Of a DNA stretch of 64,000 bases, positions 23,241-32,939 are shown one piece after another (position 1 is the first letter of the stretch; every line of letters starts with the position of its first letter). Made by a program: the position numbers and the translations under genes. The notes beneath the pieces are model-generated. The model searched no databases. It had not been told where the DNA came from and saw nothing but the letters and a program-made list of their open reading frames with translations. The DNA comes from Gemmatimonadales bacterium (GTDB taxonomy: Bacteria > Gemmatimonadota > Gemmatimonadetes > Gemmatimonadales > GWC2-71-9): the NCBI GenBank assembly GCA_037189525.1, contig JBBCJC010000003.1, forward strand, positions 96,001 to 160,000. Direction: 5' to 3'.

Positions 23241-24329
23241 ATGAAGCGCTTGGTCGTCACGGGATGTCTGATCGCGCTGGCTGGGGGACTCGAGGCCCAA
23301 TCACGAGAGCCGTTGCTTGCCCGTATCGACTCGGTCGTCTCGGCGCATATGGCGAAGAATCAGAACGTCGGGCTCTCGATCGGAATCGAACATCGGGGCG
23401 AACTGCTGCTGGCCCGGGGGTACGGCTCGGCCGATCTGGAAAGCTCGGCGCCGGCCACCGCGGAAACGGTCTATCGGATCGGCTCGATTACCAAACAGAT
23501 TACAGCGGCGCTGGTGCTGCAGCTGGTGGAGCAGGGCAAGGTCGGTCTCGACGACGATCTCACCAAATTCCTGCCCGACTATCCCACCCAGGGCCGCCGG
23601 ATCACGATCCATCATCTGCTGACGCATACCTCGGGCATTCGGAGCTTCACGGGACTCGGGCCGCGCTACGCCACCTTTTCGCGGCTCGATCTGACCGAGG
23701 ATCAACTGATTGCCGAGTTTGCGAAGGAACCGTTCGACTTCGAGCCGGGGGCGCAGTACCGCTACAACAACTCGGCCTACTTCCTGCTCGGGGTCATTGT
23801 CGGCAAGGTGACGGGAACGCCGTATCCGGCGCTCGTGGAACGGGCGCTGTTCGCGCCGCTCGGCCTCGCGTCGTCGTCGTACTGCCACAATACCAGACTG
23901 ATTCCCAAGCGGGCGCAGGGCTACGCGATCGATCAGGGCGTGGTCGTCAACGATCACCCGATCAGCATGAACATCCCCGGGGGCGCGGGCGCGCTCTGCT
24001 CGACCGTCCTCGATCTGCTGGCCTGGCAGCGATCCCTCAATGGCGGCCGAGTGCTCGGTCCGCAGCTGCTGGCCTCGATGCGCAGCGGGAAGGTCGAGTC
24101 CGGTACGACCGGCCAGTACGGGTATGGCGTCGTGGTGGGTGCGCTCCAGGGCCATGCGCAGGTTGCCCACAGCGGCGGAATCAACGGTTTCAGCTCGTGG
24201 CTTGCCACCTATCCGGAGGATCGCCTGACGGTGGTGGTGCTGACCAATAATGCCAGCGGTCAGGCGCCGGTACTCGGCGCCGCGCTGGCTCGGCTCGTGC
24301 TTGGCCTCCCGGCCGCCGTGTCGCAATGA
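23241..24329 (+). CDS. Serine hydrolase, beta-lactamase class C/AmpC-like, secreted (paralog)
   Basis: GSITK, LLTHTSG, YNN, HSGG. Confidence 0.9.
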   Translation: MKRLVVTGCLIALAGGLEAQSREPLLARIDSVVSAHMAKNQNVGLSIGIEHRGELLLARGYGSADLESSAPATAETVYRIGSITKQITAALVLQLVEQGKVGLDDDLTKFLPDYPTQGRRITIHHLLTHTSGIRSFTGLGPRYATFSRLDLTEDQLIAEFAKEPFDFEPGAQYRYNNSAYFLLGVIVGKVTGTPYPALVERALFAPLGLASSSYCHNTRLIPKRAQGYAIDQGVVVNDHPISMNIPGGAGALCSTVLDLLAWQRSLNGGRVLGPQLLASMRSGKVESGTTGQYGYGVVVGALQGHAQVAHSGGINGFSSWLATYPEDRLTVVVLTNNASGQAPVLGAALARLVLGLPAAVSQ

Positions 24330-24402
24330 AGGCAGGCATTCGGTCGTTCCGGCCGGCTGCATCATCGGTTTCACCTTATCGAAGTCGCGGGGAAGCGGGT
24401 AC

Positions 24403-26394
24403 ATGATGAACCGTCTCAAGCAGATGATCGCCGTCTTCACGTTCCTGGTTGCTCTCGGGGCCGGGTCGGCTGTGGCGCAGCGTCCCATGACGCCCGAGGA
24501 CATTCTGGCGCTCAAGCAGGTCGCCGATCCGCAGGTCTCGCCGGACGGGCAATGGATCGCCTATGTGGTGAGCCAGACCGAGCTCGACCAGAACTCCGTC
24601 AACACCGACCTGTGGCTTGTTGCCGCCGCGGGCGGGGAGCCGATCCGGCTGACCACGAGCCCACGGGCCGACAATGCCCCGCGGTGGTCGCCGGACGGCA
24701 AGTGGATCGCATTTATCTCCGCCCGCGAGGAGCGGCCGCAGATCTGGCTGATCCGTCCGAACGGAGGCGAGGCCGAGAAGCTGACGTCCTCGAAGAGCGG
24801 TGTGCAGAGTCTCGCCTGGTCGCCCGACGGAAAGACCATTGCGTACACGGCCCTTCGCGAGTGGACGGCCGAGGAAGAGAAGAAGCAGAAAGACCGGGAT
24901 GACGCGATCGTGGTCGACCAGGATCACCGGTTCAGCCGGATCTGGACCATCGACGTCGCGAGCAAGAAGGCCACCGAAATCGTCTCGGGCGAATTCCAGC
25001 CTTCGGGCCCGCAGTGGTCGCCCGATGGTACCCAGCTGGCGTACGAAGTCCGGCCCACGCCTGCTGCGGACGACGGAAGCCGCTCGGATATCTACATCGT
25101 CACCCTGGCGAACAAAGAGACGCGTAAGCTCTTCGAGAATCCCGGAATCGACAACAGCCCGCGCTGGTCGCCCGATGGCAAGTGGATTGCGTTTGCGAGC
25201 CGGCCCGACGGCTTTGGCCAGGCCGAGCTCAAGGTGATTCCTTCGACGGGTGGCACGCCGCGGGCGATTGCCCCGCGCTTCCTCTATCAGCCCGGGCCGG
25301 TGACCTGGTCGGCGGATGGCCGGACGCTCTTCTTCACGGCGTCGGTGCGCACCACCAATCAGCTCTTCTCGGTGCCCGTGGCTGGTGGCGAACCGAAGCA
25401 GCTGACCTCGCACAACGGTACGATGAGTGGCGCTTCGATGTCCGACGACGGGCGGACCATTACCTTTACCGTGTCGGAGGTGACCAAGCCGAACGACGTG
25501 TACGTGGTGCGCGATCCTGCCCGGTTTACGCCCGTCAAACTCACCGACCACAATCCGCAGCTGGCGGACATCGCGCTCGGCCGGGGTGAGCTCTATCGCT
25601 GGAAGAGCAAGGACGGCAAGGAAATCGAGGGCGTCCTGATCTATCCGACCAACTACGATCCGTCGAAGCGGTATCCGACCATGGCGTTCATTCACGGCGG
25701 CCCGTCCGGCGTGTGGACCCAGGGCTTCCCGGGCAGCTCGGGCAACTACGGCCACATCTGGGCCGGGCGAGGCTGGGTCAGCTTCTATCCCAACGTGCGC
25801 GGCTCGAGCGGTTACGGCGATGCGTTCATGAAGTCCAACGTGCGCGATTGGGGCGGCGGCGACTATCAGGACATCCAGACCGGTCTCGATGAGCTGGTCC
25901 GTCGCGGCATTGCCGATCCCGACCGGATGGGGCAGAGCGGCTGGAGCTACGGTGGCTACATGACGGCGTGGACGCTGACCCAGACCGATCGCTTCAAAGG
26001 GGTGATGGTCGGCGCCGGCTTGACCAACATGTACTCGATGTATTCGACCAACGATCTCCAGACGACGCTCGAGAACTACTTCGGCGCGGAGCCCTGGGAT
26101 GACGAGGAAGCGTATCGCCGCGCCTCGGCGATGGTGTATATCAAGCAGGCCAAGACGCCCACGCTGATCCTGCACGGCCAGCAGGACATGCGAGTGCCGA
26201 TCGGGCAGGCCCAGGAGCTCTACATGGGTCTCAAGAAGAACGGGATCCCAGTCGAACTCGTCTTCTATCCTCGGGCAGGCCACGGCTTGTCGGAACCTCG
26301 GCATCAGCTGGACCGGATGCGGCGCGAGTATGCCTTCTTCTCGAAGCGCGTGCTGGGTGTGGACGTCGCCGACAAGCCGGCGCTGGTTCCGTGA
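24403..26394 (+). CDS. S9 family peptidase (beta-propeller plus alpha/beta hydrolase)
   Basis: Signal peptide, WSPDG repeats, IHGGP, GWSYGG, HGQQDMRVP, GHG. Confidence 0.92.
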   Translation: MMNRLKQMIAVFTFLVALGAGSAVAQRPMTPEDILALKQVADPQVSPDGQWIAYVVSQTELDQNSVNTDLWLVAAAGGEPIRLTTSPRADNAPRWSPDGKWIAFISAREERPQIWLIRPNGGEAEKLTSSKSGVQSLAWSPDGKTIAYTALREWTAEEEKKQKDRDDAIVVDQDHRFSRIWTIDVASKKATEIVSGEFQPSGPQWSPDGTQLAYEVRPTPAADDGSRSDIYIVTLANKETRKLFENPGIDNSPRWSPDGKWIAFASRPDGFGQAELKVIPSTGGTPRAIAPRFLYQPGPVTWSADGRTLFFTASVRTTNQLFSVPVAGGEPKQLTSHNGTMSGASMSDDGRTITFTVSEVTKPNDVYVVRDPARFTPVKLTDHNPQLADIALGRGELYRWKSKDGKEIEGVLIYPTNYDPSKRYPTMAFIHGGPSGVWTQGFPGSSGNYGHIWAGRGWVSFYPNVRGSSGYGDAFMKSNVRDWGGGDYQDIQTGLDELVRRGIADPDRMGQSGWSYGGYMTAWTLTQTDRFKGVMVGAGLTNMYSMYSTNDLQTTLENYFGAEPWDDEEAYRRASAMVYIKQAKTPTLILHGQQDMRVPIGQAQELYMGLKKNGIPVELVFYPRAGHGLSEPRHQLDRMRREYAFFSKRVLGVDVADKPALVP

Positions 26395-26432
26395 TGCCAA
26401 TCACTTCTCTGGATCCCGAACGGTATCCGCTC

Positions 26433-28442
26433 ATGCGTACAAAGCGTGGTCAGTCGCTGGCCGTGGTGGCGTTGCTCGGTGTGCTCGCAGCCGGCGCAGA
26501 GGCACAGAATGTCCTGACGCCGGAACGGGCGGCGGCCATGCGGATGCTGGGGCCGGTATCCCTGTCGCCGGATGGACGGCACGTGGTCTACAGCGTCACC
26601 GTGCCCAACCTGACGGAAAGCTCCACCAACTCGGATCTCTGGTTGGTGCCGTCCGCCGGCGGCGAGCCGATTCGCCTCACCAGTTCCAAGGTGATGGACG
26701 ATCAGCCCGCCTGGTCGCCGGACGGCAAGCGGATCGCTTTCGTGTCGGCCCGTGACGGCAAACCACAGATTTTCCTGATCTCTCCCTTCGGGGGCGAAGC
26801 GGAGAAGCTGACCGATTCCAAGACCGGGATCCAGTCCTTTGCCTGGGCGCCCGACGGGAATCGGATTGCCTACGTCGCCCCGCGCGATCCGACGCCGGAG
26901 GAGGAGAAGAAGCAGAAGGAGAAAGACGACGCGATCGTCGTCGATCAGAACTTCATCCCGGCCCGCCTGCATGTGATCGAGGTGGGCACCCGTAAGAGCA
27001 ATGAGGTCGTCAAAGGCGATTACCAGATCTCGTCGCTCGACTGGTCGCCTAACGGGCGGGAGATTGCCTTCGTGTCGATCCCGACGCCGCGGGCGGATGA
27101 CGGCCGCTATGCCGACATCCTGGTGGCCGATGTCGCATCGGGCACGACGAGGAAGCTGTACGACAATGCCGGCCCCGACGTCGGGCCGCGCTGGTCTCCG
27201 GACGGCGCCTCGATTGCGTTTTCGACCACGGCTGCGAAGGCCGTGGCGATTTCGCAGTCACGCCTGATGGTGATCCCGGCCGCCGGCGGGACCCCGCGTC
27301 CGCTTGCTCGGGACTTTCTCTATCAGCCGGGGACCGTGGCCTGGGCCGCCGACGGAAAGAGCGTCTACTTCTGGGCCTCGGTGCGGACCAGCACGGAGTT
27401 GTTCCATGCACCGGCCGATGGCGGGCCGGCCAAGCAGCTCTCCGACTTTCGTGGTTCGCGAGGGTGGTTCGGCGGTTCCACGCCGTCGCTCTCGAGCGAT
27501 CGCCGCACCATTGCCTTCGGCCGTTCCACCATGGATACGCCGGAGGATGTCTACGTGGCGCGGATCGATGCGCCCTGGGCCATGACCAAGCTCACGACCA
27601 TCAATCCGGAGCTGGCGGACGCGTCGCTGGGTAAGGGCGAAGTGGTGCGCTGGAAGAGTAAGGACGGGATGGAGGTCGAAGGGGTCCTGATCTATCCCGC
27701 CGGCTATCAGCCGGGACGCCGGTATCCGACCGTGGCGCTGATCCATGGCGGACCGTCGGGCGTGTGGGACCAGGGCTTTGGTTCCAGCTGGTACAATCCA
27801 GCGCAGGTCTATGCCTCGCAGGGGTGGGTGGCGTTTCTGCCCAATCCGCGCGGTTCGAGCGGCTACGGCGAGAAGTTCCTGGCGGCCAATCTCCGCGATT
27901 GGGGTGGCGGCGACTATCAGGACATCCAGACCGGGCTCGATGATCTGGTCCGCCGCGGCATCGCTGATCCGGGACGGATGGCGCAGGGCGGCTGGAGTTA
28001 TGGCGGCTACATGAGCGCCTGGACGCTGACCCAGACGGACCGGTTCAAGGCCATCATGGTTGGCGCGGGCCTGACCAACATGTACTCGATGTACTCCACC
28101 AACGACCTGCAGATGGTCCTCGAAGACTACTTCGGCGGCGAGCCCTGGAACGACGAGGAAGCCTACCGGCGCGCCTCGGCCATGGTGCACATCAAGCAGG
28201 CCAAGACGCCGACGCTGATCCTGCACGGACAGCAGGACATGCGGGTGCCGGTCGGACAGGCGCAGGAGCTCTACATGGGGCTCCGCAAGAACGGGATTCC
28301 GGTCGAACTGGTGTTCTATCCCCGGGAGGGTCATGGGCTGAACGAACCCCGCCACGCCCTCGACAAGATCCGGCGCGAGTACAACTTTTTCGCGAAGCAC
28401 GTTCTGGGGGTGGAACCCAACCCCGCGGCGCTGGTTCCCTAG
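26433..28442 (+). CDS. S9 family peptidase (tandem paralog)
   Basis: Signal peptide, WSPDG repeats, IHGGP, GWSYGG, HGQQDMRVP, EGHG. Confidence 0.92.
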   Translation: MRTKRGQSLAVVALLGVLAAGAEAQNVLTPERAAAMRMLGPVSLSPDGRHVVYSVTVPNLTESSTNSDLWLVPSAGGEPIRLTSSKVMDDQPAWSPDGKRIAFVSARDGKPQIFLISPFGGEAEKLTDSKTGIQSFAWAPDGNRIAYVAPRDPTPEEEKKQKEKDDAIVVDQNFIPARLHVIEVGTRKSNEVVKGDYQISSLDWSPNGREIAFVSIPTPRADDGRYADILVADVASGTTRKLYDNAGPDVGPRWSPDGASIAFSTTAAKAVAISQSRLMVIPAAGGTPRPLARDFLYQPGTVAWAADGKSVYFWASVRTSTELFHAPADGGPAKQLSDFRGSRGWFGGSTPSLSSDRRTIAFGRSTMDTPEDVYVARIDAPWAMTKLTTINPELADASLGKGEVVRWKSKDGMEVEGVLIYPAGYQPGRRYPTVALIHGGPSGVWDQGFGSSWYNPAQVYASQGWVAFLPNPRGSSGYGEKFLAANLRDWGGGDYQDIQTGLDDLVRRGIADPGRMAQGGWSYGGYMSAWTLTQTDRFKAIMVGAGLTNMYSMYSTNDLQMVLEDYFGGEPWNDEEAYRRASAMVHIKQAKTPTLILHGQQDMRVPVGQAQELYMGLRKNGIPVELVFYPREGHGLNEPRHALDKIRREYNFFAKHVLGVEPNPAALVP

Positions 28443-28475
28443 CAGGAACGCCGTTCTGATCGGAAGGAGTATCCT

Positions 28476-30029
28476 ATGCGAATGATGACCGCATCGATCG
28501 TCGCCCTCGCCGCCGTGGCCGGAATTCACCCGGCCAGGGCGCAGGAGCGTGTCGATGTTTGGATTCGAAACGGTAGCGTCTACGACGGCACCGGGGCCGC
28601 GCCGCGATCGGCGGATGTCGGTGTGCGCGGCGACCGGATCGTGTTCGTGGGACGGGCTCCGGCCGGTCTGACGGCGGCGCGAACCATCGATGCCAAAGGG
28701 CTGGTCGTGGTGCCGGGGTTCATCGACCCGCACACCCACACGGACGGCGACCTCCGCTCCCCCGAACGACGCGGGTTGCCGGGCTTCCTGCTGCAGGGCG
28801 TCACGACGGTCATCGTGGGCAGCGACGGTCGCGGTCCGATCGACGTTGCCAATGCGCGGGCTGCGATCGATCGGGACGGGGCGGGGACCAACGTCGCGTT
28901 CCTGGTCGGGCATACCACGGCGCGCCAGCGGGTGCTCGGCGGGTCGGCCGCGGCGCCGACGCCGGCCCAACTCGACAGCATGCGTACGCTGATTGCCAAG
29001 GGAATGCGGGAAGGGGCGTTCGGGATCTCGACCGGCCTGTATTACGCGCCCGCCAGCTATGCATCGACCGAGGAGGTCATCGCGCTGTCGAAGGTCGTTG
29101 GTGAGGCTGGCGGATATTACGACTCACACATCCGGGACGAGTCCAGCTATTCGATCGGCCTGCTCGCCGCTGTCGAAGAGGTGCTCCGGATCGGACGAGA
29201 GGCGAAGTTGCCGACGCATATTGCGCACATCAAAGCGCTCGGCGTCGATGTGTGGGGCAAGAGCGGCGAGGTGATCGACAAGATCCAGGCCGCTCGTAAG
29301 GCGGGGCAGAAGGTCACGGCTGACCAGTATCCCTACACGGCGTCGGGAAGCGGTATCGGCGCTTCGTTGCTTCCTCGCTGGGCGGAAGCCGGCGGGCGGG
29401 ATTCGCTCCGTCGCCGTCTGGCCGATCCGACCATTCGCGATACCCTCGTGGCGGAAATGCGCAACAACCTTCGCCGCCGCGGCGGGCCGGACGCGTTGTT
29501 GATCACCGCGGGGCAGTGGAAGGGCCGCCGGCTCTCCGAAGTCGCCAAGCAGACCGGGGTCGATCCGATCGATGCCGCCATCACCATCGTCGCTGGCGGC
29601 GATGCGGGCGTGGCCTCCTTCAACATGCAGGAAGCCGACATCGACAACTTCATGCAGCAGGACTTCGTGGTTACCGGTTCGGACGGGTCGGGAGGACATC
29701 CCCGGAAGTTCGGGACCTTTCCGCGCAAGCTCCGGCGTTATGTGCTCGACCGCGGCGTCATCACGCTCGCGCGCGCCGTCGAAGCGAGCAGTCGTCAAAC
29801 GGCCGAGATCGTCGGCATCGCCGATCGTGGCGTATTGGCGGCCGGGAAATTTGCCGATGTGGTGGTCCTGGATTCGACCCGCCTGATCGACCGGTCGACC
29901 TATGAGGCGCCCGAAGAGCTGGCCGAGGGCATCGTGTATGTCCTCGTCAATGGTCGTGTCGCGGTGGATGGCGGCAAGCCGAACGGGACGCTGGCCGGTC
30001 GCGCCCTCTCTCGGCCGACCCGTCGTTAG
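28476..30029 (+). CDS. N-acyl-D-amino-acid deacylase family amidohydrolase
   Basis: PGFIDPHTH, GISTGLYY, SHIRDE, HIK, ADQYPY, GSDG..HPR. Confidence 0.9.
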   Translation: MRMMTASIVALAAVAGIHPARAQERVDVWIRNGSVYDGTGAAPRSADVGVRGDRIVFVGRAPAGLTAARTIDAKGLVVVPGFIDPHTHTDGDLRSPERRGLPGFLLQGVTTVIVGSDGRGPIDVANARAAIDRDGAGTNVAFLVGHTTARQRVLGGSAAAPTPAQLDSMRTLIAKGMREGAFGISTGLYYAPASYASTEEVIALSKVVGEAGGYYDSHIRDESSYSIGLLAAVEEVLRIGREAKLPTHIAHIKALGVDVWGKSGEVIDKIQAARKAGQKVTADQYPYTASGSGIGASLLPRWAEAGGRDSLRRRLADPTIRDTLVAEMRNNLRRRGGPDALLITAGQWKGRRLSEVAKQTGVDPIDAAITIVAGGDAGVASFNMQEADIDNFMQQDFVVTGSDGSGGHPRKFGTFPRKLRRYVLDRGVITLARAVEASSRQTAEIVGIADRGVLAAGKFADVVVLDSTRLIDRSTYEAPEELAEGIVYVLVNGRVAVDGGKPNGTLAGRALSRPTRR

Positions 30030-30038
30030 TCGTTTCCG

Positions 30039-30087
30039 CGTCGTTCAATCGGCGGCGTCTCCTGCTTGCGCTGCCGATTGAACGACG
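30039..30087 (+). terminator. Long hairpin, probable terminator after the hydrolase operon
   Basis: CGTCGTTCAATCGGCGGCG / CGCTGCCGATTGAACGACG inverted repeat followed by pyrimidine-rich sequence. Confidence 0.7.
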
Positions 30088-30384
30088 TTCTCATTCTCGC
30101 TTCATTCTTTCCTCATAGTCGTTAGCAGTCGCCGGGCGTTCAGAGCCCGGGCTTTGCCGCTCATGGCAATCCAACGCGGCCGATGGCGTCGCCGGCCGCC
30201 CCTCCGATCGTTGCATCTCCTCCAATTGTCGTATCGCTAGGTACGTACTACGGATTCTTGGCAATTACTTGCCTGCTCTCGTCTTGTCGAAGCGCGTCCG
30301 ATTTGGAAGATTTGCATCGTCAATCGCGGCCACGCTACACGGGCACGAGCCGCACCAGTCTTCAGCCGAGTAGAATCGATCGTC

Positions 30385-30684
30385 ATGGGGCTCCTGTCCA
30401 TTTTTCGCCGAACGCCGACCGATCGCTTTCGCCGGTCGCCACACGTGAAGTCGGTGGCGCACGGCGATAAGGTCGTGTTGATGGATCTGCGGGGTGAACA
30501 GTTCTACTCGCTGGACGGCATCGCGGTTCGGATGTGGGATCATCTGGCTGAACCATCCACGGCCGAGCGGTTGTCCGACCTGGTCGTTGCCGAGTACGAC
30601 GTGCCGATCGAGGTGGCGCGGGGCGACGTCACGGCGTGCCTGGATGAAATGACTCGGGGCGGACTGGTGTTGGCTGGTCGATGA
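30385..30684 (+). CDS. Lasso peptide RiPP recognition element (B1, PqqD family)
   Basis: 99 aa; VVLMDLRGEQFYSLDGIAVRMWDHL...EYDV...DVTACLDEM..GLV PqqD signature. Confidence 0.92.
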   Translation: MGLLSIFRRTPTDRFRRSPHVKSVAHGDKVVLMDLRGEQFYSLDGIAVRMWDHLAEPSTAERLSDLVVAEYDVPIEVARGDVTACLDEMTRGGLVLAGR

Positions 30685-31070
30685 GCGCACGCCCCTGGTT
30701 TGTGACCGCATTTGCAGCCGTGTCCGTCGCGCGTCTGTCGCTTCGGCTGGCGGGATTCAGCCGCACCATGACGTGGGTCTCGCGTCTGGCGCCTAAGCTG
30801 GCTCGGCGCACGTCGCGGGGCACGGCCGACGGCATCGTGCGGAGCGTCGCCGTTGCGGCGGCATTCTTTCCCGGCCGCGCCATCTGCCTGGAACAGTCGG
30901 TGGCCAGCTATCTGTTGCTCCGGCGTTGGGGGCATGACGTGGCCCTGCGCGTTGGAGTACAGCCCTATCCGTTCCGCGCGCACGCCTGGGTCGAGCTGGA
31001 CGGCCGGCCGCTGCTCGAGAATGAAGACGAGCTGGTCAAGTTCGTGCCGTTTCCCGAGGCCTTCGCATGA
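30681..31070 (+). CDS. Lasso peptide leader peptidase (B2, transglutaminase-like)
   Basis: CLEQS catalytic Cys, GVQPYPFRAHAWVE catalytic His; ATGA coupling to B1 and C. Confidence 0.93.
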   Translation: MSARPWFVTAFAAVSVARLSLRLAGFSRTMTWVSRLAPKLARRTSRGTADGIVRSVAVAAAFFPGRAICLEQSVASYLLLRRWGHDVALRVGVQPYPFRAHAWVELDGRPLLENEDELVKFVPFPEAFA

Positions 31071-32938
31071 ATCCGTTCATGTGTGTGGTCGATCTGGGTG
31101 GCGACACCGTCGGCATCGATGCCCTGGTTGCCGCGCTGCCCGCGGTGGGACGCGCCGGGGAGCGAACCGAGGTGCTGCTGCATGGCGCCTGGGGGGCGGC
31201 TTGGGTACCGGCCGAGAGCAACGGGCGGCCGGCCATTGCGCATCGTGACGGAATTCTGGCCCTCGGCAGTGCGCGGATTACCAACCGGTCGGCGCTGCGG
31301 GGCGGGGCGGTGCGGTCCGGCGCTGGTGATCTGGACCTGATCATCGAGCGGTATCTCGCGCACGACACGGCCGGGTTCCGTGAGCTGGTGGGCGATTTCG
31401 CCGTCGTGCTGTGGGACACCCGCGCCCACCGGCTGATTGCCGTTCGCGACGCGTTAGGCGTCAAGACGCTCTTCTATCAGCGTACCGGCAATCGCCTCGT
31501 GGTCGGGTCGCACCTCGAATGTTTCGAGTCGACTCGCTACGATCGCTCGTTCCTGGGTGACATGCTGCTCGGGTTGCGCCGCGGGACGGAGCGGACGGTC
31601 TTTGCCGGCGTTACCCGTCTGCTGCCCGGGACGTCCCTCACGGCCGACGCCCTCGGTGTCCGCACCAGGCGCTACTGGGATGCGGCGGAGTTTGTGGCCG
31701 CCGATGCCGTTGCCGACGAGCGGGAAGCCATCGCCGAGTTCCGGCGGTTGTTTCGCGAGGCGGTGCTGGCCCAGATGGATGACGGCGCTTCAACCTGGGC
31801 GCAGCTGTCGGGCGGGCTCGACTCGTCGTCGGTGGTCGCCATGGCCCAGCAGCTCGCGGCCGAAGGGCTCGTGTCGCCGCTCGCTGGGACCCAGACCGTG
31901 GTCGATTCGCTGGCCGAGGGCGACGAGACGCGCTATTCCGACGCGGTGGTCCGCCAGTACGGCCTGCGGAACGAGCGCGTGAGCGACTATGCCGCGTGGC
32001 AGGATGACGGGCAGCTGCCGCCCGACTTTGCCGATCCTCGTCTCTTCCTGCCGTTCTATGCGCGGGATCGCGCCCTGCGGGACGTGGTACGCAATGCCGG
32101 CGGCGCGGTGCTGCTGAGCGGGTACGGCGCCGACAACTATCTCTCAGGAACGTACGACTTCCTGGCGGATTGGGTCGCGCGCGGCCGGATCAAGGATGCG
32201 TTGGGCGAGCTGGTCAATCTCGCGGTGGCGTCGCGCCGCTCGTTCTGGGGACTCGGCATCGATCACATCCTGGTGCCGCTCGGGCCGATGTGGTTCAAGC
32301 GCCGGCGGGCCATTCGGGGTCGCGACCTGCCGAACTGGTTTTCGCCGGAGCTGGTGGCGGAGCAGCGTCTGGACGAGCGGATCCTGACCGGAAACGCCGA
32401 TGGCGCGCCGGGCGAGATCTACGCTCGCCTGCAGGCCGAGGAAATCGGCAGCATCGACCTGGCGCTGGAGCGTGGGGTGTTCGAGGAGGGGATCGAGGTT
32501 CGCTATCCGTTCCTGCATCGGCCGCTGGTGGAATTTGCGCTGCGGCTGCCCCTCAAGCTTCGCTTCCGGCCCAACCGGGCCAAGTGGATCCTCCGCGAAG
32601 CCATGGGCGATGCATTGCCCGAGGTGGTGCGGAACCGCCAGGGCAAAGGGGCCATCGACGGGCGGCTCATCTGGTCCTTTCAGCAGCACTATGGAATGCT
32701 CGAACGCCTGGTGGAAGGCTCTCACTTGGCGGAACTAGGGTACGTGAATCGCGAGCGCCTCAAGCAGGCATTGGATCAGGCCCGTCGCGGTGCGACGGAA
32801 TCGGTTTCGAAGCTCTTCTTTACGCTCTCGCTGGAGATGTGGTTTGCTGTGCGTTCAGGGCGGTGGGTGCGACAGGTAGCCCAGGCGCCAAATATCGTTC
32901 TAAATCAACCTGTATCATACCTTTTTCAGGAGTTGTAG
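31067..32938 (+). CDS. Lasso peptide cyclase (C, asparagine synthetase-like)
   Basis: GDFAVVLWD, RDALGVKTLFY, LSGGLDSS, LSGYGAD, RYPFLHRPLVEFAL; lacks N-terminal catalytic Cys of AsnB. Confidence 0.93.
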   Translation: MNPFMCVVDLGGDTVGIDALVAALPAVGRAGERTEVLLHGAWGAAWVPAESNGRPAIAHRDGILALGSARITNRSALRGGAVRSGAGDLDLIIERYLAHDTAGFRELVGDFAVVLWDTRAHRLIAVRDALGVKTLFYQRTGNRLVVGSHLECFESTRYDRSFLGDMLLGLRRGTERTVFAGVTRLLPGTSLTADALGVRTRRYWDAAEFVAADAVADEREAIAEFRRLFREAVLAQMDDGASTWAQLSGGLDSSSVVAMAQQLAAEGLVSPLAGTQTVVDSLAEGDETRYSDAVVRQYGLRNERVSDYAAWQDDGQLPPDFADPRLFLPFYARDRALRDVVRNAGGAVLLSGYGADNYLSGTYDFLADWVARGRIKDALGELVNLAVASRRSFWGLGIDHILVPLGPMWFKRRRAIRGRDLPNWFSPELVAEQRLDERILTGNADGAPGEIYARLQAEEIGSIDLALERGVFEEGIEVRYPFLHRPLVEFALRLPLKLRFRPNRAKWILREAMGDALPEVVRNRQGKGAIDGRLIWSFQQHYGMLERLVEGSHLAELGYVNRERLKQALDQARRGATESVSKLFFTLSLEMWFAVRSGRWVRQVAQAPNIVLNQPVSYLFQEL

Positions 32939-32939
32939 C

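Noticed and set aside
21848..24329. Antibiotic-resistance beta-lactamases
   Set aside because: The SxxK, YxN and HxG motifs fit the broad serine hydrolase/D-peptidase family, and the context is peptide catabolism; resistance cannot be supported.
30258..30272. Sigma54-like motif TTGGCAATTACTTGC upstream of the lasso operon
   Set aside because: GG-to-GC spacing is 9 nt rather than the required 10.
30090..30384. Second lasso precursor upstream of B1 (e.g. MAIQRGRWRRRPPLRSLHLLQLSYR, or ORF 30183..30470)
   Set aside because: No YxxP leader motif, no Thr(-2)/Gly1 and no Asp/Glu acceptor at positions 7-9.
31067..32938. Calling this gene a housekeeping asparagine synthetase AsnB
   Set aside because: It lacks the N-terminal catalytic Cys and is flanked by RRE, B2 peptidase and a precursor, so it is a lasso cyclase.
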